Origin: an uncultured Planctomycetaceae bacterium | Lineage (GTDB): Bacteria > Planctomycetota > Planctomycetia > Planctomycetales > Planctomycetaceae | Assembly: GCA_963815195.1 (NCBI GenBank) | Contig: CAWFGE010000012.1 | Coordinates: 416,001-480,000, forward strand | Length of the DNA: 64,000 bases | Direction: 5' to 3' | In this document: one piece after another, positions 48,617-59,655 of the stretch | Layout of the letters: every line of letters starts with the position of its first letter | Numbering within the stretch: position 1 is the stretch's first letter | The notes under the pieces: model-generated | Seen by the model: the letters and a program-made list of their open reading frames with translations, nothing else | The model's database searches: none | What the model was told of the DNA's origin: nothing | Made by a program: the position numbers and the translations under genes

Positions 48617-50287
48617 ATGGCCATACTTTCTTCCTTTTCGCTCAAGCCCCCGCGAGGAACCGCTCCCAAGCGGCGGGCCGAACGGGCTTCGTTTCGTCTG
48701 ACGTACCAGCTCGACGGGAACGAAATCAGCGAGGAGTTTTTCGAGCCGGTCGTCGTCTTGGGCCGGGCGAAGACCTGCGACGTGGTCGTTCCCTTGACCG
48801 GCGTTTCGCGGAACCACGCGCTGATCGAGCGGGACGAAGACGGCTGGGTGCTCGCCGACGCGGGCAGCACCTACGGAACGTTTCTCAACTGCGAACGCAT
48901 CACTCGCAGGCGATTGTTCGACGGCGACAAGATCAATCTCGGCCCCGCCTCGCGAATCCCCGTCACGATCCGCTTTGAAGACGCCGACTCCGACGAGGCG
49001 TCACCGCAGGAAAGCGTCGTGTTCGACGAGGCGTCCGCCAATGTGAGCATGATGATCAATGTCGAGGACTTCCACAGCGAGCAGCCCGCCCTGGGGAAGG
49101 CCGGCATCATCAACTTGTTCAGCCAGGTCGGCGAAGCCCTGTTGAGCAGCGAAGACCTCGACAGCATGCTCGAGCACGTCGCGGATCTCACCCTCAAAAA
49201 CCTGCCGGCGCTGCGGAGCGTCGTCTGCCTTTACGAGGAGGAGACGGGACAGTTGTTTCCCAAGGCATCGCGGTCGAAGGAGACATCTCGCGGGGACGAG
49301 CCGATCGCCATCAGCCAGAGCATCGCCAAACGGGCCATCGAAGCCCGCACCGCCGTCTTGATCGACGACGCCCTCGAAGACGAGCAATTCGCCGCAGCCG
49401 CCAGCATCGTCCAGCAGGACATTCGCTCGGCGATGTGCGCTCCGATGTACCACAACGGCGTCGTCACCGGATTGATCTACGTCGATACCAACGATGTGCT
49501 CAACCGCTTCGAGGCGGGGCATCTCGAAGTGCTCACCGCGCTCGCGGTGCTGGCGGCGGTCGGCGTGGAGCAGGAACGCCTCCGGCGGGACATCCTGCAG
49601 GAGAAGGCGATCCGCGATCGGCTGGCCCGCTACAGTTCCCCCAACGTCGTCGAGCGGATCGTCGCCGACAAGCAGTCGCAGCTCGATGAAATGCACGCCG
49701 AGGAACGCGAGGTGAGCGTGCTGTTCTGCGATCTCTCCGGGTTCACGTCCATGTCCGAGCACATGGCCCCCTCGGAACTGGCCCAGGTACTCAACGACTT
49801 GTTCGCCCGCCTCACGAACGCAATCTTCCGCTTTGAAGGGACCTTGGACAAATTCATGGGCGATGCGGTGATGGCGATCTTCGGAGCCCCGCTGTCCCAG
49901 CCGGACCACGCCGAGCGCGCGGTGGGGGCGGCAATCATGATGCAGCACGCCCTCGAAGACTTCAACCGCCAAAACCCCGACCGCAAAACGATCAGCATGC
50001 GGGTCGGCATCAATTCCGGGAACGTCGTGGCGGGAGACATCGGCTCCCCCAAACGCAAGGACTACACGGTCCTCGGCGATACGGTGAACGTCGCCAGCCG
50101 GCTCGAATCCTCCGTCGCCAAATCCGGCCAGATCGCCGTCGGCCCCGCGACGTATGAGATGGTCAAAAAACGCTTCGAATGCCGGCCGCTGGAACCCGTC
50201 AAGCTCAAAGGCAAACAGGACTGCGTCCAGCCCTACCTCGTGATCGGCGAAACCCGCAACGACCGTCAAACCTGGACGGAAGATTGA
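48617..50287 (+). CDS. FHA-GAF-class III adenylate cyclase
   Basis: FHA (GRA, VSRNHA, GSTYGTFLN), GAF (IRSAMCAPM...GLIYVD), cyclase (LFCDLSGFT, DKFMGDA, DYTVLGDTVNVASRLE). Confidence 0.93.
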   Translation: MAILSSFSLKPPRGTAPKRRAERASFRLTYQLDGNEISEEFFEPVVVLGRAKTCDVVVPLTGVSRNHALIERDEDGWVLADAGSTYGTFLNCERITRRRLFDGDKINLGPASRIPVTIRFEDADSDEASPQESVVFDEASANVSMMINVEDFHSEQPALGKAGIINLFSQVGEALLSSEDLDSMLEHVADLTLKNLPALRSVVCLYEEETGQLFPKASRSKETSRGDEPIAISQSIAKRAIEARTAVLIDDALEDEQFAAAASIVQQDIRSAMCAPMYHNGVVTGLIYVDTNDVLNRFEAGHLEVLTALAVLAAVGVEQERLRRDILQEKAIRDRLARYSSPNVVERIVADKQSQLDEMHAEEREVSVLFCDLSGFTSMSEHMAPSELAQVLNDLFARLTNAIFRFEGTLDKFMGDAVMAIFGAPLSQPDHAERAVGAAIMMQHALEDFNRQNPDRKTISMRVGINSGNVVAGDIGSPKRKDYTVLGDTVNVASRLESSVAKSGQIAVGPATYEMVKKRFECRPLEPVKLKGKQDCVQPYLVIGETRNDRQTWTED

Positions 50288-50319
50288 GCGGCCCGCGTCC
50301 GATTCGGTCATTCCCATGA

Positions 50320-50343
50320 ACCGGGGCTAGCGCCCTGCGGCTC
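50320..50343 (-). repeat. REP-like element family E, copy 2
   Basis: Reverse complement GAGCCGCAGGGCGCTAGCCCCGGT matches 3210-3234. Confidence 0.55.
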
Positions 50344-50382
50344 GTGAATCCCATCAGCCGGAACGCGCGTAGTCGAAACACA

Positions 50383-50426
50383 AAGAGCCTGTGAGCAATC
50401 GTTTGCTCACAGGCTCTTCATTTTTG
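50383..50426. terminator. Probable bidirectional terminator between cyclase and porin
   Basis: AAGAGCCTGTGAGCAA-tcgt-TTGCTCACAGGCTCTT 16-bp stem with T-rich flanks. Confidence 0.75.
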
Positions 50427-50446
50427 CTTCGGTTACTCGAGTTCTG

Positions 50447-51751
50447 TTAGAAGGTCAGGATGGCGTCGATGCCGAAGACCGCCTGGTTGAACAGTTGGTC
50501 GTTAAAGCCCGATCCAGTATAGATGTCGTGGTTGGGCGAGAACATGTGCCGCATTTCCGGGCGAATCCGCAGGTTGGGCGTCGGAAAATAGTTCACGCCG
50601 TAGGTCACGGTGTAATAGGACGTGCCGTCGGCTTTGTACCATTCGCCGCGAACCCCCGCCTTCAGCTTGTCGGTCAGTTCGTAGAAGGCATAGTTGATGA
50701 AGCCGGTCGAATCGCCCGCGATGAAGCTGTTGGGATTGCGGAAGTTGCTGCCCAGGTTCGTGCCGAGCACGTCGAACTGGTGCACCGTGCTGAACTTGTC
50801 GGTCCAGTCGCGGGTGAGGATGAAGCTGTTGATGGCTCCGTCGCCGCGCCAACCCAGGTTTCCGCCGATCATGGAGTAGATGAAGTTCGTCTTGTCGTCG
50901 ATCTGGTAAGTAAACCCGCCCAAGAACGAGTTGCCTTGGTTGAATTGATAGAAGCCCGTGTCCATCCCCAGCACCCAGCCGCCGTTGACGGTCAGTTTGT
51001 CGTTGACCTTATAGCTCGCCAAGGCCCCGGTGTGGGTGAACGGCTCGCTGTTCCAGAAGGTCAACTGCCGGCTTAGGAAGAATTGGCCCGTGGAAGGGAT
51101 GACTTCGTAGCCCACGATCGTGTAGAAGTGGCCGAGCTTGACGGACAGGTTGCCCGCGGCGAGTTCGCCGTACAACTGGGGCAGGGCCCATTCATAAATG
51201 CCGTGGTCCCAGCCGTTCAAATAATCGTAGTGTCCGGGGTTGATGTTCCCGAAGGATTGGCCTTCGTTGCCGTCCACGCCGTAGAAGATGTCGGCCCGGA
51301 AGCCCCAGTCCAGTCCTTGGCTGCCGTCGGCGACTTTGCCGACATAGAGGTATTGTTGGTTCAAGTTGAACTTGTCCCATTCCCGCTGATTGAGGAACGG
51401 CCCATTGCCGGTGAAGGCTCCGTCGGGATTGTTCTGGTAACCCCACTGCGAGTAGCCGCCGAGTTCAAACCCGTTGTCGGTGACCCAATTGCTCCCGTCG
51501 CTGTTGGTAAAAATGTCGGTGATCACCCACGGTTCCTCGCCCTCCTCCTCTTGGGGCGGCGTGAAGACTCGTGCTTCAGCCACATCCGCCGGCTTGTACT
51601 CTTCGCTGAGTTCTTTCGTGTCTTGAGCCATTGCGCTGTTCGGCACCCCGACAGCGCAAAGCCCCAACAGAACGCCGGAACCAATCCACCGGCAAAGTTC
51701 TCGTCCAAAGCCATCCTTTAGCATCGTTCGCTCCTGGTTTGCAATTTCCAT
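50447..51751 (-). CDS. Outer-membrane beta-barrel porin (BBP2/DUF1597-like)
   Basis: Signal peptide; LNQQYLY, DWGFRADIFYGVD, ALPQLYGE, GHFYTIVGYE, EPFTHTG, RIRPEMR, C-terminal GIDAILTF. Start may be 51724. Confidence 0.88.
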   Translation of the reverse strand: MEIANQERTMLKDGFGRELCRWIGSGVLLGLCAVGVPNSAMAQDTKELSEEYKPADVAEARVFTPPQEEEGEEPWVITDIFTNSDGSNWVTDNGFELGGYSQWGYQNNPDGAFTGNGPFLNQREWDKFNLNQQYLYVGKVADGSQGLDWGFRADIFYGVDGNEGQSFGNINPGHYDYLNGWDHGIYEWALPQLYGELAAGNLSVKLGHFYTIVGYEVIPSTGQFFLSRQLTFWNSEPFTHTGALASYKVNDKLTVNGGWVLGMDTGFYQFNQGNSFLGGFTYQIDDKTNFIYSMIGGNLGWRGDGAINSFILTRDWTDKFSTVHQFDVLGTNLGSNFRNPNSFIAGDSTGFINYAFYELTDKLKAGVRGEWYKADGTSYYTVTYGVNYFPTPNLRIRPEMRHMFSPNHDIYTGSGFNDQLFNQAVFGIDAILTF

Positions 51752-51991
51752 ATTACAGGCAGATCATTTCGCCGGAGTCGTGAGCGGCTGGGTAAACAAA
51801 GCCCCGGCAACGAATTGTAAACTGCCTCCGCCCGAGGCCATCCTTTCAAAAGATCAAACCATCGACGGAGAAAGTCACACACATCCATTCGACTCGTTGA
51901 GCGCGGTGAGCGGGAATGGCCATGTGGTAGGAAATCGGTTGTACGTTCCGGGAGGATCATTTTGCTTATTCCCCGCGTCAGGGATTCTCGG

Positions 51992-52081
51992 ACTGTATCA
52001 ATCCCAACGACCGCATAAACCGCCTCAACCGGCACAATCGGCGGTCCGCCTTCAAGTTACGGCGAGTGCCAGGAGTGCCAG
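51992..52081. repeat. Degenerate 9-mer periodic tract in divergent promoter region
   Basis: actgtatca-atcccaacg-accgcataa-accgcctca-accggcaca-atcggcggt, then gagtgccag x2. Confidence 0.4.
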
Positions 52082-52328
52082 GAATAGACTCCGATGCCGA
52101 AACCTCTGGACAAACCCCACGGAACTTCGCCCATCAAAACCGGCAAAACCGCGACAGCTTGAGCGCAGTCTTTCCCTATTCGTCCTGACTAATAGGACAT
52201 CGCGATCGGCTTTTTGCGTGTCCGCCCGTCGGTCGAATCGCCAAAGCGGGGCCGGAGGTTTTCAAACGCGGGCGGTTCCGGTTAGACTTCATATAAGAAA
52301 TCGTGAATCTTTTCTCAGGAGATATTTG

Positions 52329-53612
52329 ATGCGGACTGGTTTGATCTTGAGTTTGGTTTGGGTGTTGGGATGGGCTTCGCAGCTTCAGGCGGAGAATTGG
52401 CCCGGTTGGCGCGGGCCGCGCGGCGACGGCACGAGCCACGAAACCAGCGTCCCCACGACCTGGAACGTGAAGACCGGCGAGAATATCGCTTGGAAGGTGA
52501 AAATCCCCGGCGTCGGGCATTCGTCCCCGGTCGTGTGGGAGGACAAAATCTTTCTCGCCACCTGCCTGCCGGAGTCGCTGGAGCGCGTGCTGTTGTGCCT
52601 GGACCGCAAGACCGGGAACACGATCTGGCAGAAGGCGGTGCTCAAATCCAACCTCGAAACCAAGCACCAGCTCAACAGCCATGCGTCCTCGACGCCCGCG
52701 ACGGACGGAAAAATCGTCGTCGTCGCCTTTTTGAAAATCGACGGCCGCACGGTCCCGGCCCCCAACGTCGGCACGCCGCGACCGATCAATCCGGGCGAAA
52801 TCCTCGTCGCCGCCTACGATCTCGACGGGAATAAAAAGTGGGAAGCGAACCTGGGCCAGTTCGTCAGCGCCCACGGGTTTTGCAGCAACCCGGTGCTGTT
52901 TGAAGATCTGGTGATCCTCAACGGCGACCACGACGGCAAGTCCTATCTGTTCGCCCTCGACCAGGGGACCGGCGAGATTCGCTGGAAGGACAAGCGGGAC
53001 AACGGCATCCGCAGTTATGCCACGCCGATCATTCGCAATCTCGACGGCCGATTGCAAATGGTGCTCTCCGGCAGCGAATCGGTCATCAGCTACAACCCCC
53101 GCACCGGCGAGCGGTATTGGACGATGGACGGACCCACCGAGCAGTTTGTGGCTTCCATGGTCGATGACGGCAAACGCTTCTTCGTGACGGCGGGCTTTCC
53201 CGACCACCACATTCTGGCCATCAACCCCGACGGCCACGGCAACGTGACCGAAACGCACATCGCCTGGCGGACCACGCGCGGGGCCGCGTATGTTCCGTCG
53301 CCGGTTATTTCCGGGAAGTATCTGATCGTGGTCGCCGACAACGGGATTGCAAGCTGCTTCGACTCCGCCACGGGCGAACGGCAGTGGATGGCCCGCGTCG
53401 GCCCGCGGTTCAGCGCCTTTTTGGTCGCTGCCGACGGTCTGGTCTATCTCACCTCGGACCGCGGGGTGACGACCGTCATTAAGCCCGGCCCCCAACTGGA
53501 AAAAATCGCCGAGAACGACCTGGCCGAGTTCGTCTCCAGTTCGCCCGCCGTCAGCCAAGGCCAAATCTTCATCCGCGGCCACGAAAACCTGTACTGCCTC
53601 GGCAAACCGTGA
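52329..53612 (+). CDS. Secreted PQQ/BamB-like beta-propeller repeat protein
   Basis: AGGAG RBS; signal peptide; NWPGWRGPRGDG, GHSSPVV, ASSTPATDG, SYATP, YVPSP, SSPAV. Confidence 0.9.
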   Translation: MRTGLILSLVWVLGWASQLQAENWPGWRGPRGDGTSHETSVPTTWNVKTGENIAWKVKIPGVGHSSPVVWEDKIFLATCLPESLERVLLCLDRKTGNTIWQKAVLKSNLETKHQLNSHASSTPATDGKIVVVAFLKIDGRTVPAPNVGTPRPINPGEILVAAYDLDGNKKWEANLGQFVSAHGFCSNPVLFEDLVILNGDHDGKSYLFALDQGTGEIRWKDKRDNGIRSYATPIIRNLDGRLQMVLSGSESVISYNPRTGERYWTMDGPTEQFVASMVDDGKRFFVTAGFPDHHILAINPDGHGNVTETHIAWRTTRGAAYVPSPVISGKYLIVVADNGIASCFDSATGERQWMARVGPRFSAFLVAADGLVYLTSDRGVTTVIKPGPQLEKIAENDLAEFVSSSPAVSQGQIFIRGHENLYCLGKP

Positions 53613-53882
53613 CGGACGGCGGGGGCTCCAGGCGAAAAAAACGGGCGGCCAATACCTGGTCGCCCGTTCGCGCGCGTTTTTTGACGGCAGCAAGCGCACA
53701 AAAAAATCGATAACCCAATAAATCGGGAAAATCCTGGGAAAGCACCGGGAAATTCCTGGAACCACCGGCAGGCATTTGAGTACACTCTTGCATTTGCGGG
53801 CCGAAACAATGGAAAATATCCATTTGTTCCAAGGGATCGATCGCCCCCGAGTTTGGTGGTTCTTGCAACCGCGATTTTCGTT

Positions 53883-55348
53883 ATGACCAATAACTATCTT
53901 TCCATGACCGAATTGGCCAAAATGGCGCAAAGCCAGCGCGCCCTCGCACTGAAGCAGCAAGACTCGGCACTTCTCACGGGATTGAGCCTGGCGGGCGACG
54001 ATGATTCCCACCTCGATCTGACGGCGAGGATTCGGTTTTTGGAAGCCTGCGGCGGACCGCCGCCGTTTGTTCTTGAGCGGGTCGATGAATCGGGCAACAT
54101 CGACCGCTACGGGTTTGAACGTCCGTTTCTGATCGTGGGGCGGTCGGCGGCGTGCGAGATTGCCTGCCGGACCCGCTCCGTGAGTTTTCGGCATTTGTAT
54201 CTGCAACACCTGGGCGGCGTCGTGTGGTGGTTCGACCTCGACAGCCGGGCGGGCACGTTATGCGACGGCCAGAAGCGGCGCGCGGGCTGCCTCGTACCGG
54301 GGATGACCATCGAGGTGGGAGAATATTCTCTGCGGCTGTCTCCGACGCCTAAGCCGCCTGCCGGCGAAACCGGATTGGCCGCCCCGGCGACGCGGCCGAG
54401 CACGCTCAGCGCGAGCCAACTGCCCGGCCTGCCGCAGGTCTCCTTGGAATTTGAAAACGGACGCGTTGGCAGCGAAAAGAAACAGACGTGGGCAATCGAA
54501 AACAGCATTACCCTTCTGGGGCGCCGCTCGTGCTGCGACATCCGCTTCGCCGATGAAAGCGTGTCGCGGGTCCATGCGAGCTTGATCCTCACCAACGAAG
54601 GACTCTGGGCCGTGGATCTCTTGGGGCGCGGCGGCACGAAGGTCAACGGCGTGCCTTCCGCCTATGCCTATCTCCACGACGGCAGCCAGATGGAAATCGG
54701 GGGCTACAAAATCCGCGTGAAGTATGCGGATCGAGCCGCCCAACCGCACCCCGCCGAGGCCGTGCTCGATGAAGAGCCAAAACAAAACCGCAATCGCACC
54801 GGGTCAGAGACCAGGACGGTTTCGGAAGATTTGCTATACGACCTGGTGACCAATCTCGCCCAGATGCAAAAACAGATGTTCGATCAGAGCCAAATGCAAA
54901 TGGGCCTTTTGATCCAGATGCTGGGCTCGATTCATCAAAGCCAGCAGGAGATGCTCAAAGAGGAACTCAACCGCGTGCACGAGATCTCGCGGGAAATGCG
55001 GGAACTGCAGCGGCGGCTCACGGCCCAGGAAAAACCGAAGACCGACGCCCGCTCCGCCCCCGCCGGTCCGTCCCGCATCAAAGCGGCGGAATCCGCGGTG
55101 GAAATTCCGGAACAAGGCGACGAGTTCCAGGTGCCGGATGAGATGGATGATGTGTTGCCGGCTCCCAGCCTGTTTTCGCAGGAGGACGAGGCGGACGAAG
55201 CACCGCCGATTCCGCCGGAGGATGCCCCCAAGCGCACCGATCGGATGAGATTCAAGATCATGCGGTTCTGTTTCAGCGGATGCAGAATCTCGAGCGCGAA
55301 CGCAACAGCCGACTGCAAAAAATCTTCCGCGCCTTCGGCGGCGGCTGA
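53883..55348 (+). CDS. Tandem FHA-domain protein with coiled-coil tail; frameshift at about 55228
   Basis: Two FHA motifs (VGRS...VSFRH; LGRR...VSRVH...GTKVNG); adding one C in the C5 run gives DAPQAHRSDEIQDHAVLFQRMQNLERERNSRLQKIFRAFGGG*. Confidence 0.82.
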
Positions 55349-55759
55349 CCGTTCGTTCGCCAAGGAGCATTCTCCTGCGTCCTGTCGCGAACAACGTTCC
55401 ATCCCACGACTGTTTGAATAACGCGCCTCGCCGAGCGAACGACGATCGCCGCGGCTGGTGTTGTTGTTCTCTTCGCAAAAGACATGCCGCGTCCGGTGCG
55501 GGAACCAATTCGGTGACCGGGACCCCGTACCGGTTCCGGGACCGGCCGGACCGGAGCGCTGGGGGAATCTTCCACGGGAAACGCGCTCGCATTTCCCTCT
55601 GCCCGCGCGATCGGCAGGTGTTAGGATTTGAAGAAGGTCGTGACGGAAAACCTTCAAGTCACGTGATGTCAAACGACTGCTCAATCACGATGCAAGCTGC
55701 CGGCGCGGGAGTGACAAACACTGGTCCCCGCAAACGCAGCGGAAAGGACATGAGACGCG

Positions 55760-56788
55760 ATGAATAGAAACGCCGATTTTCCAAAGTTGTTGTTGACCAT
55801 TGCCGTCGGACTGATTGCGGCGACGCCGGCCTGGGCGGAGTCGCTGGAACCGGCGGAGGTCGCTGCCGACGCCAAATGGCTCATCCATTTGAACGTCGAC
55901 GAGATCCGCTACACGGCATTGGCCCAGGAGATTCAGCAGAAACTCCTCCAGGCGGATGAGAACCAGGGCCGGCTCGATTGGGTGCAGGACAAGCTCGGGA
56001 TCAATCTGCGATCCGACTTGCACGGGCTCACGTTTTACGGCAAAAGCTATGCGCCGCACGAAGGCGTGGGCGTGGTGCACGCCGAGTATGACCGCGGGAA
56101 GCTGGTGGCCGCGGTCGAAAAGAAGCCGCAACACAAGGCCGCCGAATACCGGGACTACACGATTCACGAATGGCAGGTCGAGCAAGGCGGCAAGCACCAC
56201 AACCTGGCGCTCGCGCTTCACGATGAGGGAACGATCGTTGTCAGCGGGAGCATCGAGCAGGCACAGTCCGCCCTCGACGTCCTGGACAGCCGGCGGGACA
56301 GCCTCAAAAAGAAACCCGATTCGCCGCTCCTCGGCAAGGTGCCCGGCGGCACGTTCTTTCGGGGATCGGCCATCGACCTCCAGGATCTCGAAACTCGCAA
56401 CCCACAGGATCGCAAGAACGGCAACCAGGCATTTCCCGCCCTGGGCCAGGCGAAGGAATTCTCCGTGTCGTTCGCCGAAAAGGGACCGAACCTGGAACTC
56501 GGTGCAAGACTCGTCGCAGCCTCGGAGGATGCGGCCCAGAAAGTCGCCCAGTTCCTCCAGGCCTTCACCCAGGCGTCTTCCAACCAGAAAACCAACGGCT
56601 CGAAATTCGGACAACTTTTGAAACAATTCGACGTGAAGCGTGACGGGGCGACGGTTTCCATCGACGGGAAAATCGACCGCGAGACGCTTGTCGACTTCCT
56701 GAAAGAATCAGCAATCAAGAAGAAGAAAACGGCTGAACCCAGCCAGAGCCCGCAGCCGCCCGCCACTCCCAACGGGACCGAACGCTAA
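55760..56788 (+). CDS. Secreted hypothetical protein
   Basis: Signal peptide ending AWA; 342-aa ORF with natural composition (VAADAKWLIHLNVD). Confidence 0.75.
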   Translation: MNRNADFPKLLLTIAVGLIAATPAWAESLEPAEVAADAKWLIHLNVDEIRYTALAQEIQQKLLQADENQGRLDWVQDKLGINLRSDLHGLTFYGKSYAPHEGVGVVHAEYDRGKLVAAVEKKPQHKAAEYRDYTIHEWQVEQGGKHHNLALALHDEGTIVVSGSIEQAQSALDVLDSRRDSLKKKPDSPLLGKVPGGTFFRGSAIDLQDLETRNPQDRKNGNQAFPALGQAKEFSVSFAEKGPNLELGARLVAASEDAAQKVAQFLQAFTQASSNQKTNGSKFGQLLKQFDVKRDGATVSIDGKIDRETLVDFLKESAIKKKKTAEPSQSPQPPATPNGTER

Positions 56789-56820
56789 ACGAACGCAACC
56801 ACCAAACTTTTTCCCCTCAT

Positions 56821-59650
56821 TCACTCGCCGGGTTCGCCGTCTTCTTGCATTGCGGTGCCGAAGAGGTCATCCTGGCAAATCGCGGAGAACTCGGCGAAGT
56901 AGCGGGGATTGGGTTTCGGCGGCCAGAAGGTTTCGCGGCGGACATCGCGGATCACCTCGCTCGCGGCCTCGTCGGCGTCCTCGAGGTCCGTGCCGGTCCA
57001 CTCCGCGAGCCGCTCGCCGATAGCCTGGGGGTTCTTAGGAAGCACGATATAACCGAGGCGGACATGCTCGCTTTCGGGCAGGTGATCGATCGCCCGCATC
57101 AAATGCCGATACAAGGGCAGTTGCAGGTCCGTCCAGCGGCCTTCCTTGTCGCGGTGCTTCTCCTCAGGCGAGGCTCCGGAATCGCTGGTTTTGTAATCGA
57201 GGATTGCGATCTCCAACCGCCCGCCGCGCTCGCGGACATCGATGCGGTCGATCCGGCCGCGCAAAAACATCTTCGCTCGATCGACCTCCAGAAACGCCCG
57301 GTCGTCTTTGATTGATTCCTCGGCGAAGCAGATCTCCCAACCTTGGGACGCCCACTTCGCCTGCCAGTCGGCAAAACCTTTGAGTCGCCATCGGGCTTGC
57401 TCGATTTGAATGCGCACCGCGGGCAGCGGATGCCGGCCGAACTTGCGGGCGGCTTGCTTGGTAAGTTCGTCGCTTAAGAACTCGAAGATCCGCGCGGGGT
57501 CGGCGAGGCGGTTGATCGATTTCGACTTGCCAAACTCTTCGAGCACATCGTGGAGCACGTCGCCGAAGGCATTGGGCGGGAGTTCCTCCGCGGTGGCGAG
57601 CGGCGAAGCGAGGCCCAGCCGGTAGCCCAGGTAATAGCGGTAGGGGCATTCCAAATAGGCGCTGAACTCCGTCACCCGCATCGAAGTCACCGGCTCGGCG
57701 AGCGGCAGCGGCTTGGGCACGGCATACGGGACGACCGCGCCGCCGGGACTCAACCCGTCGGCAATCCGTACGCGGTTTCGCAGCGACTTCGGCGTGGCGA
57801 ACAATCGCTCGACCCGCTCCGGCAACTCGTGATTGTCGCAGGCGAACAGCAGCCGGCTCGGGGCGAGCGGATCGTTCTCCGCCGTCCGCCGGCCCAGGAT
57901 CAACCGCAATTCTTTCCGCGACGCCGCGAGCACGCTGAGGGCATACGCATCGCGCGCGAGCCGGCGGTCGTTGTCGTCGAGATTCATCGCCCGGCGGACG
58001 CTGTTCGGCAAAAACGCGTCCGGGTTCTGCGACGTCGGCACGATGCCTTCATTCATCCCCGTCACCACCAAAGCCGGGGCGTCATCCCAAGGCAAATCGA
58101 GCCAACCCAAAAGCGCGACCTCGTTTCCGCCCGGCTCGTCGAATACCAACGGCCCCTCGAGCCTCGCGAAGCACGAGCCGCAAAGCCTCCGCTCCCGTGA
58201 CGGGCGGCGCGAGCGCGGGCGGAAGGTCCTCGATGACGGCGAGCCGTTCCTGAATCAACTCGCAGGCTTTTAATGCTCGCCGGTCCTGGGGATCGTTCCG
58301 GTCGAGCGGACGAATGCCGAAGAGGTCCAAGAGCACTTCGCGAATCGGCCGGACCCACGCGGTCACCGCCTGCTTGCGGCCCTCGAGCGGTTTTAAAAGT
58401 TTCTCCACCGCCTGGACCGCTCGGGCCAGCGCGGGAAAGCGGGGCGACGTTCGCCAACGGCGTTTTTTCAAACTGCCGCCGTCGTCCAGCCTCGCGGGGA
58501 AATGCGTCGAGCAGTATTCATCAAGCTCCAACAGCCAATCCGCCGGGACGTCTTGATGGGCGAGCCAAAGCTCCACGGCCGGGTGCCGGGCGAGGTTGGC
58601 GAAGTCGCGGAACCACGCCGACTCCACCAGGTCCGCCGCCGCCGAGAGCACGCGGGCCGGTGCGGTGTGAAGCAGCGGGCGGCCGAGGGAACTGTGCACG
58701 CTCAATCCGCATTCGCCGAGGCGTTCTTCGATTGCCGGGGCGATTCGGCGGTCCGGGACGCCGACGGTGATTTGATCGGCGGAGAACCGTTCGTTCCAGG
58801 CACTCAAGGCGCAGCACACGGCGAGGGCCTGGTCGTCGGGGCCGTCCACGACTTCGGTTTTCTCATAGATGGCTTCGATCGCGGCGTTCTGCCAGCGGGC
58901 TGCGATCAGGCCGCCGAACTCATCGAACCACTCCGCCCGCGACGAAGGGGCAACGACGAGAGCCGTCACCCGCTCGGCCACCTGCGAGAGCATCGCGCGA
59001 TGCGAGGCGTTCAGATCCACGAGTCCCGCGAGCACGATGTCTTTGTCGGCGGCGAACTCGCGCTCTTGGATCGCCACGAGCCGGGCGGTTTGCCGATCCC
59101 AAAGCCCCAAATCGTCCAGGATGCGGAGGTAGGCGACCTCCACGTCTTTGAGCAGATCCCAGCGGGCGATCTCATGGGGTTCGCCGAGCGTTTGGATTTG
59201 CTCGGCCACGTCCGCGAAGTCGAGGTTGTTCGCCACCAACTCGCGGTGCAGTTGGGAGAGCATCGCCGCGAACGCCAGCCAACCGGTGAGCGTGGCGTCG
59301 GGCAGTCGCCGCATCAGCCGCGAGCGTTCCCGGCCCCGCAAAGTTTTGAGTGCTTGGATCCAGGCGAACTGCTGCGCGAGCGGATCGGCAAACGGCCGCT
59401 TGGGCGTGTAAAGCCGTTCGGGCAGAGCCCGCAGCGTAAGAATCTCGGGCGGAACCAAACGCCATCGCCGGGCCTCGGCATCGTCCACCAAGAGTTCCAG
59501 CGCCCGCCGTCCCGCCTCCGCGGTGGGCAAGACGACGAGCACGTTTCGCAGATCGAGCTTTGTTCCCTCGCCGTATCGCTCCCGCAGATACGCCGCGGTC
59601 ACAGGCAGCGCGGGCCGCTTCCAATCCAAAAACACGCGGGAAATGGGCAT
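56821..59650 (-). CDS. AddB/RexB-like inactive helicase + PD-(D/E)XK nuclease; frameshift at about 58155
   Basis: LVVLPTAEAGRR, LVVTGMNEGIVP, PSRL, YLECPYRYY, FGDVLHDVLE, LRGRIDRID, ILDYKT, LQLPLY. Confidence 0.85.
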
Positions 59651-59655
59651 CGGGA

